Shown here piece after piece: positions 45,901 to 56,226 of a DNA stretch of 64,000 bases. Under the pieces are notes generated by a model. The model searched no databases, was not told where the DNA came from, and saw only the letters and a list, made by a program, of their open reading frames with translations. A program made the translations under genes and the position numbers. The stretch's first letter is position 1. Every line of letters starts with the position of its first letter. The stretch lies in the IMG/VR virus record IMGVR_UViG_3300021400_000034, positions 96,001-160,000 of that record; one strand, 5' to 3'. The stretch is from a virus (Duplodnaviria > Caudoviricetes).

Positions 45901-46369
45901 ACTAGTCGACCTCATAGACGAGTCATTCGCTGAGTACAAGCTGCCGCACATGCTGGTAGCTTTTCCTCATTGCACGTTCAAGTGCGACAGAGAGAACGGA
46001 AACCGAGTGTGCCAGAACTGGGAGCTCGCTAAGGCGCCTAGAATCACCGTAGAAGCGGAGGACGTCGCTGCCCGGTATGTTTCCAACGATTTGACAAAAG
46101 CGGTCGTATTCGCCGGTCTAGAGCCATTTGACAGCTATGCGGAGATGGTAGACCTGATCGTTCATCTACGCGAAGTCACAAAAGATCCTATCGTGATCTA
46201 CACTGGCTACGAGATGGAGGAGATCTACCCGCAGATTGTGCACTGGAACAGCTTAGGAAACATAATCATCAAGTTCGGACGCTACCGTCCAGGACAGCAG
46301 AAGCACTTCGACGAGGTTCTAGGTGTCGAGCTAGCGTCAGACAATCAGTATGCTAAGCAGATCTGCTGA
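45890..46369 (+). CDS. nrdG: NrdG-like radical-SAM activase of anaerobic ribonucleotide reductase
   Basis: CTFKC...CQN, GLEPF, IYTGY, KFGRY and LASDNQ motifs. Confidence 0.75.
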   Translation: MKIELVDLIDESFAEYKLPHMLVAFPHCTFKCDRENGNRVCQNWELAKAPRITVEAEDVAARYVSNDLTKAVVFAGLEPFDSYAEMVDLIVHLREVTKDPIVIYTGYEMEEIYPQIVHWNSLGNIIIKFGRYRPGQQKHFDEVLGVELASDNQYAKQIC

Positions 46370-46399
46370 TATAAATAAGAAAAAGAGAGGTTTAAACCT

Positions 46400-46819
46400 A
46401 TGAAGATGAAGATAAACGAAGCGAAGAAGATCCTAAAAGAGGCACGTATCTCTGTAAAGCCAGCCAAGGCGCTCGCTGCAGACGATCTTGAAGGATTCTT
46501 TGAAGATCTGAACGCAGCTCTGGATCGTGTCGGATTTGACCCAGTAGAAGACTTTAACGAGTTCGAGGAAGAGCTTAACGACATGGGCTCGGCTCATCTG
46601 TTCAACGTAGCTAGCGACGACGAGTACGAGGCTTGGGAAGAGGAAAACGACGGAGACGAAGGCTACTCTGACCACTATTTCGAACTCGCAGAAAAGATCA
46701 TCAAGAGGATCAACAGGGTTCTCGGCGCAAAGTGGTCTGGCTATTCGCTCGACTCCGACGAAGATGACACTCAGATCTTCGTAACGCTGAGCGTTGACGG
46801 CATGGGCGACGACCTATAA
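46400..46819 (+). CDS. putative internal virion protein, acidic
   Basis: late promoter; MKINEAKKILKEA. Confidence 0.7.
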   Translation: MKMKINEAKKILKEARISVKPAKALAADDLEGFFEDLNAALDRVGFDPVEDFNEFEEELNDMGSAHLFNVASDDEYEAWEEENDGDEGYSDHYFELAEKIIKRINRVLGAKWSGYSLDSDEDDTQIFVTLSVDGMGDDL

Positions 46820-46854
46820 GTCCTAAAAATCTCAAGAAAATCTCAATCCAAGGG

Positions 46855-46883
46855 TTTAGATTTCCCTTGGATTTTCTTATATT
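46855..46883 (+). promoter_or_regulatory. sigma70-like early promoter within an inverted repeat
   Basis: TTTAGA-N17-TATATT. Confidence 0.75.
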
Positions 46884-46915
46884 TTACTTGTAAAACTCAA
46901 TAAAGGACCAGCAAC

Positions 46916-47791
46916 ATGCTCAACATTCACCCTATCTTCGCCGAATATGTCAAGAAGTCCATCAACCTCCCGACTGAGTGCCCCGTCTGCAATGGCAATC
47001 TCACTATCACTGACTCTGGCTTCGTCGAGTGCCAGAACATCGACTGCCAGCAGAAGGTCGTCCACCTGCTCGCTGAGTTCTTCAAGGTGCTCGACATTCG
47101 CGGCGCTGGCGACTCTTTCGTCGACAACCTCGTCAACGTCTGCGGCGTCCGCCACATCCACGACCTCTTCGAAGACGGCGCTCAGAAGAAGTTCATCGAA
47201 GCTGCGGGTGGCGTCAACGGCATGAAAGTCTTCGACACTCTCATGGAGGCGCTCAAAGCTCCGATGAGTCTCCCAAAGTTCGTCGCTCTCTTCGATCTTC
47301 GCGGATTCGGCGAGAAGAAGTTCCTCGATCTCGACCAGCTCCCGCAGTTCAAGGAGTTCTACAAGAACCCCGTCAACACGCTCTTCACTCTGAAGCTCCA
47401 GGACTTCCAGACCAGCCATCCAGCTTCGATGGTTAGCGCAGAAGTCATCAACAAGTTCGCTTACGAGTTCGGCCTCAAGCGCAATGACATGGTTCGGACT
47501 GCCAAGATCGCCATGATAAAGTTCGCTCCCAAGGAAGAAGTCAAAGTCGTCGGCGGCAAGTTAGAAGGAAAGAGCTTCTGCTTCACTGGAAAGGCCGAAG
47601 CTATCGGTTCTCGCTCTAAGTGCGAAGAACTCGTCATCGCTAACGGCGGAACTATCAGCTCTGTAAACAAAAATTTAAGTTTTCTCGTCACCGACGACAC
47701 AGAATCTGGCTCTAGCAAGAACAAGAAGGCTAAGGAACTCGGCATTCCGGTCATCACCTCTTTCGAATTCAAGGCCATGCTGGAAGCATAA
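46916..47791 (+). CDS. ligA: NAD-dependent DNA ligase C-terminal half (Zn finger, HhH, BRCT)
   Basis: PTECPVC...C.N..C, LDIRGAG, GFGEK, LEGKSFCFTG and SSKNKKAKELGIPVI motifs. Confidence 0.88.
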   Translation: MLNIHPIFAEYVKKSINLPTECPVCNGNLTITDSGFVECQNIDCQQKVVHLLAEFFKVLDIRGAGDSFVDNLVNVCGVRHIHDLFEDGAQKKFIEAAGGVNGMKVFDTLMEALKAPMSLPKFVALFDLRGFGEKKFLDLDQLPQFKEFYKNPVNTLFTLKLQDFQTSHPASMVSAEVINKFAYEFGLKRNDMVRTAKIAMIKFAPKEEVKVVGGKLEGKSFCFTGKAEAIGSRSKCEELVIANGGTISSVNKNLSFLVTDDTESGSSKNKKAKELGIPVITSFEFKAMLEA

Positions 47792-47804
47792 AGAGAGGCG
47801 ATCT

Positions 47805-47990
47805 ATGATGAGAAAGCAACTGGTAGAACCTGGCGCATTCAAAGGTCTTCACTGCTCTATCTGCAAGAAGGATCTCGGAAACGAAGAGAAGGTAGTAGAG
47901 TCGACCGAGATCTTCGGACGCTGGATGTGCATGGACTGCTTCTACGAGCGTCAGAAAGAACGTCAACTAGCTACACGGATGTGGGGTTAG
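47805..47990 (+). CDS. small Zn-ribbon protein
   Basis: CSIC...CMDC. Confidence 0.6.
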   Translation: MMRKQLVEPGAFKGLHCSICKKDLGNEEKVVESTEIFGRWMCMDCFYERQKERQLATRMWG

Positions 47991-47994
47991 TGAT

Positions 47995-48615
47995 ATGGAA
48001 CATCTGATCGGCAAATTCCTGAAGATGATGGAACTGCGTTCTGTCAGATTCCTTCACAGAGTAGAAGAGATCACGAAGCAGTATGAGGCCGAGCATGACA
48101 CTTATCCAGACATCATCGCAAAGCCTCATCAATTTCAGATAGCTGATCTGACATGTGACTTCTATGATGATGTGAGGGTCGATCACTACAATAAGAACGG
48201 CGTCGGACACATGGTTCTGGAGATCGTCAACTCTAACTTCTCTCGTGTCGCTGATATGCTAAACGGACTCCTAGCAGCTTATAATGCTCCCGGAATCAGA
48301 CGCAATCTCATCGAGGATAATCTGAAGCATCTCGACAATTTCCTCGGACTTCCAGGATTCAACCCTCCGAGGCTTCTCACAGATGATGAGTTCATAGATG
48401 CAAGCAAAGTCGCACTAGAAGAGATACTCAACTCGACATCCGAAATGATGAAAGATCCGATGGACTTCTATTCTGGGGCAACGTGCGTCACCATGTCTGG
48501 AATGGTCGGAATAAAGAATTATTTGAAGAAGTTGAAAGAAGAAGGGGATCCTGAGTGGGACGAAGTCGACTTTGCTGAATTCTTCTTTCCTAGATTCGCA
48601 CTCTCCGATAAATAA
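47995..48615 (+). CDS. hypothetical protein, paralog family A
   Basis: aligns by eye with 49911-50576. Confidence 0.75.
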   Translation: MEHLIGKFLKMMELRSVRFLHRVEEITKQYEAEHDTYPDIIAKPHQFQIADLTCDFYDDVRVDHYNKNGVGHMVLEIVNSNFSRVADMLNGLLAAYNAPGIRRNLIEDNLKHLDNFLGLPGFNPPRLLTDDEFIDASKVALEEILNSTSEMMKDPMDFYSGATCVTMSGMVGIKNYLKKLKEEGDPEWDEVDFAEFFFPRFALSDK

Positions 48616-48633
48616 AACGAATAGGAGAGACCT

Positions 48634-49341
48634 ATGCCACAGATGTCATTTGAAGATGCGAAGTTGATCATCGAAGCTGCCGGAAAGAAGGCTGTCGAGA
48701 TGACGCCAGAAGATAAAGCGAGAAGAAGAGAGCGAAGACAGATGCGCAGGGCTCTCGTGACTGGAAAACCAGTCAAAGCAGGAATCTGGGCGCTCGTACT
48801 AGGAGCATGCCGTCCAGATCCAGAGTTCTTCGAAAAGAGAAGTCCAGTCGGTCTATCGAAAGATGCAGTAGATGGCGCACTGACGAACGGCGCTCGTCAT
48901 CAGGTCAGCAAGGCCGTCGTGATCGGTCTATATCCAGATCGAAAGTCCGCTATCAAGGCTGCTGAGAAGCTAGTCGACATGCTTATCGCAGATATCGATA
49001 AGGAGTATCACTATCTCATTGACAGATACCAAGGCAAAGAGCGGTACTGTCGAGCTGTCTTGGATGAACTCGAGTGGATAGCCAAGGCGTTCACGATCGT
49101 CAACATCGACGAAAGCAACAAAACGTGGTCCAATCAGCGCTGGTCTCCATTCGACCGTGGGTACTGCTACAGCACAGACACTGAAGCCAGAGAAGAGGCT
49201 GCTAAGGCTACAGAACCGTTGATCCAGAAGTACAGGAAAGAACTGGAAAGGCTGGAGAGAGGTGAAGATGATCGAGGAAGTCGCAATTCCTCGTGGGATC
49301 CTTATTCCGGAAACTTCCGCAACGTATACGCACACCACTAA
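48634..49341 (+). CDS. putative internal virion protein
   Basis: ATAAATA upstream; MSFEDAKLIIEAAGKKAVE. Confidence 0.7.
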   Translation: MPQMSFEDAKLIIEAAGKKAVEMTPEDKARRRERRQMRRALVTGKPVKAGIWALVLGACRPDPEFFEKRSPVGLSKDAVDGALTNGARHQVSKAVVIGLYPDRKSAIKAAEKLVDMLIADIDKEYHYLIDRYQGKERYCRAVLDELEWIAKAFTIVNIDESNKTWSNQRWSPFDRGYCYSTDTEAREEAAKATEPLIQKYRKELERLERGEDDRGSRNSSWDPYSGNFRNVYAHH

Positions 49342-49370
49342 GAGAAATTGAGAAATCTCAATCCAAAGGG

Positions 49371-49399
49371 TTTAGATTCCCTTTGGATTTTCTTATATT
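49371..49399 (+). promoter_or_regulatory. sigma70-like early promoter within an inverted repeat
   Basis: TTTAGA-N17-TATATT. Confidence 0.75.
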
Positions 49400-49418
49400 G
49401 TATATGTAACTCGAACAA

Positions 49419-49883
49419 ATGACAAACAGAATGTACCACGAGAAGTCAGCCGTCATCTATCATGCTCCTATACGAGTCATCGATCTGATCCGCAAGGTCA
49501 AGAACAGCGATATCATATTTCCAGATAACGTGAGATCGTGGAACGTTCAGGAGAATCCCAACCTGGTCGAGAATATTCTGCTAGACATCCAGCCGAACGA
49601 TCTGCTCTTCCAAGTCAAGGAGGATGGACAGTGGATCGTAAGGTACGGCTTCGAGACTATCAAGTCGATATACTCATATCTGGTCGAGCCAGAATTTCCA
49701 GAGGCATCTAAGAAATTCCCTCTGCGCTACGAGAACATCTCATCTATACGCTTCTCTGATCTGAAGCCGATCTGGTACAACGCTGTCAACGAGCACGTCA
49801 TAAAGTGCACATTCATCAGTCCATCAACTCGAAAAGAGATCGTAGAGGACTTAGTCGAACGATTCAAAGGCAAAGAAGTATGA
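49419..49883 (+). CDS. degenerate DUF262 (GmrS/ParB-like) domain protein
   Basis: RSW...LVENILLDI.P...EDGQW.VRYG; the DGQQR motif is absent. Confidence 0.5.
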   Translation: MTNRMYHEKSAVIYHAPIRVIDLIRKVKNSDIIFPDNVRSWNVQENPNLVENILLDIQPNDLLFQVKEDGQWIVRYGFETIKSIYSYLVEPEFPEASKKFPLRYENISSIRFSDLKPIWYNAVNEHVIKCTFISPSTRKEIVEDLVERFKGKEV

Positions 49884-49910
49884 GGAAGAACGACAACAGG
49901 AGAGCTGTGA

Positions 49911-50576
49911 ATGGAACACACGATCACTAAGTTCATAAGAACTATAGAAGTCAGATCTGCTCGCATGTTTAGACTCATGAAGGAGTTCACGGAGTGGTAC
50001 CGGAAAGAGTATCATATTCACGTAGATCTGAGCAATAGAACTATGACGCCGAGGAATTACTTCGTCTACGGCCTCAACATCATCATCTACGACGACATAT
50101 CGATCTACGAGTATGACTCTGAGGGACGAGGTCATCTGATTCTGAGACTAGTCAACTCGAACATGAGTAAGATATGCGAAATACTCGGAGCTATTATGAG
50201 AGCTTACACTTTCAACAATTCTTCAGAAATCACAAAGAAAGTATACGAACTCTCTGGGTTCTTAGGTCTATGGGCGCCAGACTCTAGCAGAGTTCTAGAT
50301 CCTGCTCTTTTCGAAGATCTCTTATGCAAGGCTAGCGAGAGGATGTCTGGTCCGACAAAGTTCTTCGACGGCGCTAGCTGCTACAGTATCTCTGGTATGA
50401 TCGGAACCGAGAACTACATGGACACACTGAAACAGAGGAGATTTGGTCTCATCAACGACAACGAGTACAAGATAGCGGAAGCTTTCTTCAAGTACATAGA
50501 GGACAAGAAGTATGAGGAAGAAGAAAGACAAGAAAGTACACTCGATAGGGTTCCAGTTCGTGAACTCGACTACTAA
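49911..50576 (+). CDS. hypothetical protein, paralog family A
   Basis: aligns by eye with 47995-48615. Confidence 0.75.
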   Translation: MEHTITKFIRTIEVRSARMFRLMKEFTEWYRKEYHIHVDLSNRTMTPRNYFVYGLNIIIYDDISIYEYDSEGRGHLILRLVNSNMSKICEILGAIMRAYTFNNSSEITKKVYELSGFLGLWAPDSSRVLDPALFEDLLCKASERMSGPTKFFDGASCYSISGMIGTENYMDTLKQRRFGLINDNEYKIAEAFFKYIEDKKYEEEERQESTLDRVPVRELDY

Positions 50577-51066
50577 GGTATACTACAACGATCCACAGAT
50601 AGCTGTAGAGATCGGCGCAGCGTCTGACACTAGTCCATACCGCGTCAAAGTGAATGGCGAGTCAATCGGATGCGAGACGATAGCGAAAGTCATCATAGAC
50701 GGCAAAATTCACACCTTCGCAGATCCTTTCATGAAAGGATCTTTCACTGATAGAGATGAAGTGATCGAGTGGAGAAAGCACGTCGGTCTAGAGTGCTTCG
50801 AGCGCATCTTGCACTCTGTCGATCCTGACGAGACGGCTTTCGCTGAGTTCCTCAAAGCGCCGTTCAAGGACGGGATCGAAGCTGAGAAGAAAAAGAAGAT
50901 GATAGAGCTGAAGGTCGCTAAGGCTGTCCGAGATAAGAGAGAAGCCGAGAAGCCCAAAGAACCAGATCCTCCGAAGAAGATTGACCCCTATAACCAGAGC
51001 TATCCGACAAGCTACTCGAAGTCATCCTCTATAGATACAGTCCTTCCAATCGGTTCGAGAGGTTAG
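50512..51066 (+). CDS. hypothetical protein
   Basis: GAGGA RBS, codon bias. Confidence 0.65.
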   Translation: MRKKKDKKVHSIGFQFVNSTTKVYYNDPQIAVEIGAASDTSPYRVKVNGESIGCETIAKVIIDGKIHTFADPFMKGSFTDRDEVIEWRKHVGLECFERILHSVDPDETAFAEFLKAPFKDGIEAEKKKKMIELKVAKAVRDKREAEKPKEPDPPKKIDPYNQSYPTSYSKSSSIDTVLPIGSRG

Positions 51067-51112
51067 ATCTCAACCGATGGTAGGTATAAATAAAGAGAAA
51101 TGGAGAATAAAG

Positions 51113-51601
51113 ATGATAGCACAGTTTTTTGCGTCAGACGAAAGAGAGACAAGCCTTCTGGTCAAGACTGGCTCTCCGGAAGAAGCTATTAAGCTTCAGA
51201 AGTATATGTCAGATCAGCTTTATAATTCTAATGGGCTACTAATAGAGTTCAACAAGACACTTATATCCCATTGGACCATCGGAAAGTTCTACACGATCTC
51301 CTTTGACGACGATCTGGAAGCTCTCGAAGCAGCTGAACAGTGCATCCATGACTACGTGAATCACGTGAACGAGGACTTCTCGATGGGAGTCGAAGGTCCC
51401 ACTGGACTAAATCAAGGAATTCCTCTCGGCGGTCCAGGCAAAGGAGTCATCCCAGCGCCTCTCTTCGGAAAGGGCAAGATCGTGACAAGGGACGACGACA
51501 AGAAGAAGCTCAAGAAGGCTCTCGACGTGCTCGACGTCTACGGCGTCAAAGTCAAGAAGACGAAGAATGTCTCCGAAGACGCTAAGCCTGAGTGGTTCTG
51601 A
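51113..51601 (+). CDS. hypothetical late protein
   Basis: TATAAATA at 51085. Confidence 0.65.
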   Translation: MIAQFFASDERETSLLVKTGSPEEAIKLQKYMSDQLYNSNGLLIEFNKTLISHWTIGKFYTISFDDDLEALEAAEQCIHDYVNHVNEDFSMGVEGPTGLNQGIPLGGPGKGVIPAPLFGKGKIVTRDDDKKKLKKALDVLDVYGVKVKKTKNVSEDAKPEWF

Positions 51602-51896
51602 CGAAATCCTTACACGTTGGAAGACTTCGAGAACTACCTATATGAAGATCTAGGATTCAACGTTGACGAAATCGATGACATCGTGAACGACAACAGGGAG
51701 CTGATCTTCAATATGCTATACGACGGAAAGTCCCCAGCAGATATCGCTGCTGAGATCGACTTTGAAAGCTAATTTAGCTCACCTACAAGCGTAGAGATAC
51801 GCTGTAACGTAGGCAGAGTTCCTAGAGACGGACTAACCCTCTGTCTCTTGCTTTTAGGGTTTAGAAAGCTGCAAGAGTTTCTTATATTTTCTATGC

Positions 51897-52424
51897 ATGG
51901 AACAGGAAAAAGACATAAACCGTATCAAAGGCGAGAAGACAGTCGACATGTTGATGGCCAGGATAGTCCATGAGCTGAACGCAATCGACCCCAGGTTCAG
52001 GTTCTTCATGGAAGCTAGAGCTGGCGTGTTCGTAGCTGACTATCATCACATTACTGGTCGACTTCGAGAAACTCTCCCTACTCTTAGACGGGCTGTCAAA
52101 GTCGAGTCAGGTAGACTATCAGTCATGTACAGTCCCAGATGGATCGATGAACCTTATCTAGCTGGCGCTCACAGCTTCTTCGAGGAGATCAGAAGGACCC
52201 ATCCGGTTGACCTGAACGAGCTGACGCCTATGCACATTGCTCCAAACATATACTGGAGACGAAATTCGGGGTCACGAGAAGACGCTGAAGAGATCGACAT
52301 ATCTAATTCTCTAGCGATCAAGCTAGGAATACCACTTCAGAATACGGCGTTCGGAATATGGGAGTTCAGCCCAGAGAATTTGAAAAAGCTAGGCGACTAT
52401 ATGGATTTGAGCTTTGAGGAGTAA
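51897..52424 (+). CDS. hypothetical early protein, probably leaderless
   Basis: promoter 51860-51888 lies 8 nt before the ATG. Confidence 0.7.
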   Translation: MEQEKDINRIKGEKTVDMLMARIVHELNAIDPRFRFFMEARAGVFVADYHHITGRLRETLPTLRRAVKVESGRLSVMYSPRWIDEPYLAGAHSFFEEIRRTHPVDLNELTPMHIAPNIYWRRNSGSREDAEEIDISNSLAIKLGIPLQNTAFGIWEFSPENLKKLGDYMDLSFEE

Positions 52425-52558
52425 AATGGTAGAAAAGGATAAGAATGAAGATGGACTTGCTGCTGGTTGCTTTGGCGCAATCGTGGCAGGAATGTTCGTC
52501 ATGGGAATTTTAATGTTCATGGGAACGGGTGCATAAGTAGTATCTCGGACTGAAGAAG

Positions 52559-53152
52559 ATGTTCGATCTAGAGATTGACAAGTACTTTCGAACGATAGCG
52601 TTCCGGCAGTCGAAGTATCTGCAGGACCTGAAGCACGCGTACCCGATCCTCACGTTCAATCTCCTCAAAGAAGAGGCCGACAAGTGCGGAAGGACGCTGA
52701 AAGTCTACAAGGACATGCCCGTCAAGGATCCTAGCTGGGCTCAGCTGTCACTCAGCCTGAAGTCTCCTATGCTCGCTAGGATGAACAGCAGTCTAGAATA
52801 CCTATACATGATGAACGATGATGTAGATCTCGACAGGGTAGGTCCAGTCGCGACGATGTACTCCGATCTCTTCAAGCGAGAGTGGAACGGAGATCCAGCG
52901 ATAGGACTGAAGAAGTGCATCGACGAGATTCTGAAGAGAACCTCGCACGGTCCCTTCAGCATGTGGACCGACTACGAGCGTGAGATACAGCTCTACACCG
53001 GAGCAGCAAAGAGGGCGTTTCTGGACGCTGTGCTGAAGTTTAATCTAGAGATAAGCGGAACTACCACTAAGAACATTATGGACTCCTGTGCTGACGATTT
53101 TGACCGCTTGTCGATATTCATACAGAGCAACTTGGAGAAGTACAAGTACTGA
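52559..53152 (+). CDS. hypothetical protein (family A-like N-terminus)
   Basis: LEIDKYFRTIAFRQSKY. Confidence 0.7.
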   Translation: MFDLEIDKYFRTIAFRQSKYLQDLKHAYPILTFNLLKEEADKCGRTLKVYKDMPVKDPSWAQLSLSLKSPMLARMNSSLEYLYMMNDDVDLDRVGPVATMYSDLFKREWNGDPAIGLKKCIDEILKRTSHGPFSMWTDYEREIQLYTGAAKRAFLDAVLKFNLEISGTTTKNIMDSCADDFDRLSIFIQSNLEKYKY

Positions 53153-53775
53153 TGTGGGAACTAGAGATATCTAAAGTGATTCGAGTCGTCGACCTGAGAC
53201 TGGCTAAGTACTGCCACGAGATATCGGAACGATTGACTTACCCAGCTATGGTCAAGAGATTCTGTCAATCTTATGCAGCATCTAGGGTCTGGACTGAGCT
53301 TTACATCAGCGCTGACGAGTGTCCAGGTCACTCATTGACGCTCGAACATCCTAAGCTCTACCTTATTCTCAGGGACCTAGACGAACTATCGAAGATGGAC
53401 CTCTACGGAACACCTTTCACCAATGAGAATCCTGGTATCGCTGTTATCAGTCGTCTCTACTACAACTGCACTGGATATGAACTAGACTGGATGAAATATC
53501 TGAGCGAGCGAACGATCGTTAAGCCTTTCCAGACCGCGATAGATCATCTGCTAGACTATATCACTGGACGCGGAGCTATGCCCACGTTGAAGAGATACAC
53601 GAGAAACTGCCGCATGTTCAGTGGCGACTACAGCATAGAGCCAGAGGATCTGCTGAATGCTGCGAGAGGATGCAATCTCAGCGTAGAGGGAATGAGCCAC
53701 TGGGAGATCCTAGAGGAGTTCCCTTACGACTGCTTCAAGATCGATGAAGAGCTGAAAAAGATGGGAAAACTCTAA
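53152..53775 (+). CDS. hypothetical protein (family A-like N-terminus)
   Basis: LEISKVIRVVDLRLAKY. Confidence 0.7.
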   Translation: MWELEISKVIRVVDLRLAKYCHEISERLTYPAMVKRFCQSYAASRVWTELYISADECPGHSLTLEHPKLYLILRDLDELSKMDLYGTPFTNENPGIAVISRLYYNCTGYELDWMKYLSERTIVKPFQTAIDHLLDYITGRGAMPTLKRYTRNCRMFSGDYSIEPEDLLNAARGCNLSVEGMSHWEILEEFPYDCFKIDEELKKMGKL

Positions 53776-53854
53776 AATAAGGGTTTAGATTCCCTCTGGA
53801 TTTTCTTATATTGTCTATGTAAACCTAGTTCAACCGCCAACAAAAGGACCAAAT

Positions 53855-54316
53855 ATGGCAAAGAACAAGCTCTCCCTCTGGGACCAGATCGACGACCACG
53901 ACGCTGAACGCGCCTGCTCCCTCCTCCAGAACCCTAATGACCGTAAGCTCAGTCAGGCGCTGAACGGCTACGATCGCGCTACCAACGAAAAGAAGCGCCG
54001 TCGTCGCACTGCTCTGCTCTGCGCTCTCACTCTCATCGAAGGCGAGATCGGCATCGGCTCTATCGTTCGCGCTGTGAACCGTCTCTGCGACACTGACGGC
54101 ATCGCCGAAGTCAACGAAGAGTCTATGCGAGACCTCGTCGCATTCATGAAGACCGACACCAAGGGTCAGAGGATCATGCGCCAGATCGTCACCAAGCTCT
54201 CTCGGATGGCTAACGGCATGGACGAAGAGAAGCTCGCCCGCAAGTTCGAGATGAGGATGAACTTCATCGAGCACAAGCCGAAGACAGACATCCCGTTCGA
54301 GATCAACTGGTACTAG
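53855..54316 (+). CDS. hypothetical early protein
   Basis: promoter 53784-53812 and AAGGACC RBS. Confidence 0.75.
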   Translation: MAKNKLSLWDQIDDHDAERACSLLQNPNDRKLSQALNGYDRATNEKKRRRRTALLCALTLIEGEIGIGSIVRAVNRLCDTDGIAEVNEESMRDLVAFMKTDTKGQRIMRQIVTKLSRMANGMDEEKLARKFEMRMNFIEHKPKTDIPFEINWY

Positions 54317-54319
54317 TCT

Positions 54320-54814
54320 ATGGCCAGCGACCATGTCATAAGGATCAATCTAGCATCGAACATCCTCGGAGACTTCAACGAGGATTTTCTCGAATGCCTT
54401 ATCCATCATGGCGCACTAGATGTCGTTCAGAAGGTGAACGGCCTCTCCGGAATGAGCACTTTCTCTCAACGCGGTTACCGTACCTCCATTATTCTAGCCG
54501 CTGGAGTGATGAGAGAGGAGTTCACGAACTACTATGACGTCGTGACCTACCTCATCGGTCGAGAGCAGTGCACGGGATTCATGACAAAGGAGAAGCTAGA
54601 TCTTCTCCTAGACTGCATAGTGAACTGCGACTACGGACAGTCGCAGCTGCTGATGGCTGTTTCCTACTATGAGCGCTGGAACAAGAAAGACAGACTATCT
54701 CCAGACGAGTTCAAGACCTTGCGTGTGTGGATGACACGCATCGCGAGGATCCGATATGACTTCAAGAAGAATGGCTGGACATATCCGCCAGATTGGCTTC
54801 AAGTGAGGTGGTGA
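54320..54814 (+). CDS. hypothetical protein, paralog family B
   Basis: packed ORF; resembles the next gene. Confidence 0.7.
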   Translation: MASDHVIRINLASNILGDFNEDFLECLIHHGALDVVQKVNGLSGMSTFSQRGYRTSIILAAGVMREEFTNYYDVVTYLIGREQCTGFMTKEKLDLLLDCIVNCDYGQSQLLMAVSYYERWNKKDRLSPDEFKTLRVWMTRIARIRYDFKKNGWTYPPDWLQVRW

Positions 54815-55446
54815 TGCGCAGAGGAATGATGTCGATCATAGAGAATCTCCAGATGGAATTTCCGGAATGGGATAAGGGTCCGCATCTGATGCAGATGCCT
54901 ATGCGTGAGTTTCAGCTCAACTTGTCGACTAACCTAGACGCTAGCAATATCGACCTGATGGTCCGCTATCTGATTCACCGTGAGTCGCTGGACCGAATCT
55001 TCTTGGAGGTCGGATGGCTAGGAAATGTCGCTACTGAAGATCAGTGCAGCCGCATGGGAACCGCTATGCTGACTGCGCTCGCTTACATGACGGAGACTGT
55101 CGATCATGTCGATCTGTCTCACGCGGCTCACAGACTTCTGTTTGACGAGCTGTCTATCTTCGAGCCAGAAACGATGATCCAGTTCTTGCGAGATCTAGCA
55201 AATTGCGGAATGTCTCTGAACGCGCTAGGCATCGCGCTCAGCGCGATGAAGAGAAATGTCGAAGACGATGAGAGATACTATCCTCCGTTCAATACAGAGG
55301 AGCTCAAGCTGATGAGATCATACCAGATGAAGTACGAGTTTCTGAGACACAACGTATATGAAGGAGATGCTCATTTGTACAACGAAGTCTTGAAGCTAGG
55401 CGACGCTTTAGTCAATGTCAAGTGGTCTTATCCGGAGTGGAAGTGA
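54793..55446 (+). CDS. hypothetical protein, paralog family B
   Basis: packed ORF. Confidence 0.7.
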   Translation: MASSEVVMRRGMMSIIENLQMEFPEWDKGPHLMQMPMREFQLNLSTNLDASNIDLMVRYLIHRESLDRIFLEVGWLGNVATEDQCSRMGTAMLTALAYMTETVDHVDLSHAAHRLLFDELSIFEPETMIQFLRDLANCGMSLNALGIALSAMKRNVEDDERYYPPFNTEELKLMRSYQMKYEFLRHNVYEGDAHLYNEVLKLGDALVNVKWSYPEWK

Positions 55447-55994
55447 TGGGTGAGAAGACGATATATCTCAGGACAGTCAACGACGATACGGGCATCTGCG
55501 CACTGATCTCAGCACTGATCGTACGTTACATCATGAAGCGCATAAAGTTCTTTCGTCTAATCGACAGCGAAAAGATGAAACCGTTGATGAGTGGCGAGTA
55601 TCACTACAAACAGTCCGCAATGCTATACTCCGCAGCTATCATGAAGAACACTGAAGAGCCTGGCTGGCGAGTGAAGCACGTCGCTATGGCGACTGGTCTG
55701 TCAGAAGAGACCAGCGAGCAAGTCTTGCACCTCGTAGAGTCCTATCACGGAACGGTGCAGGCTCTAAGCAGAGCTCTCGACTCGATCCGCAAAGAGCAAG
55801 ACGAGCCATACTTCGATCACGAGCAGAGAAAGCTCATGATGTCGTACGAGCTCAGACTCAAGAATCTCCGCCGAGAGCAAGAGAAGACGGAAGAGCCCAG
55901 AATCCAGCTCAGACAAACGGGCTTCATGAATACCTACGAGATGTATACCGAGTTTTTCGCGAAGGAAGGCGAAATTACTATTATTTGGGAATAA
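55422..55994 (+). CDS. hypothetical protein, paralog family B
   Basis: KLMMSYELR matches KLMRSYQMK of the previous gene. Confidence 0.7.
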   Translation: MVLSGVEVMGEKTIYLRTVNDDTGICALISALIVRYIMKRIKFFRLIDSEKMKPLMSGEYHYKQSAMLYSAAIMKNTEEPGWRVKHVAMATGLSEETSEQVLHLVESYHGTVQALSRALDSIRKEQDEPYFDHEQRKLMMSYELRLKNLRREQEKTEEPRIQLRQTGFMNTYEMYTEFFAKEGEITIIWE

Positions 55995-56025
55995 GAGACT
56001 TGGGATAAATAAGTCGAGGTATGAA

Positions 56026-56226
56026 ATGAAAGTCATCAAGAACCCAGACTGGACCGAAGAACAGATCAAAGAATTCGAAGAAAAGATCAAGAACAACGAC
56101 GGATATTGCCCGTGCGCAATCGCTAAGACAAAAGACACCAAGTGCATGTGTTTAGAATTCCGTGAGCAGATCAAGGCTAAGCAGCCAGGCTTGTGCCATT
56201 GTCAATTGCATAAACTAATAGTGTAA
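56026..56226 (+). CDS. ferredoxin-thioredoxin reductase catalytic-chain-like protein
   Basis: GYCPC...CMC..FR...CHC pattern. Confidence 0.8.
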   Translation: MKVIKNPDWTEEQIKEFEEKIKNNDGYCPCAIAKTKDTKCMCLEFREQIKAKQPGLCHCQLHKLIV

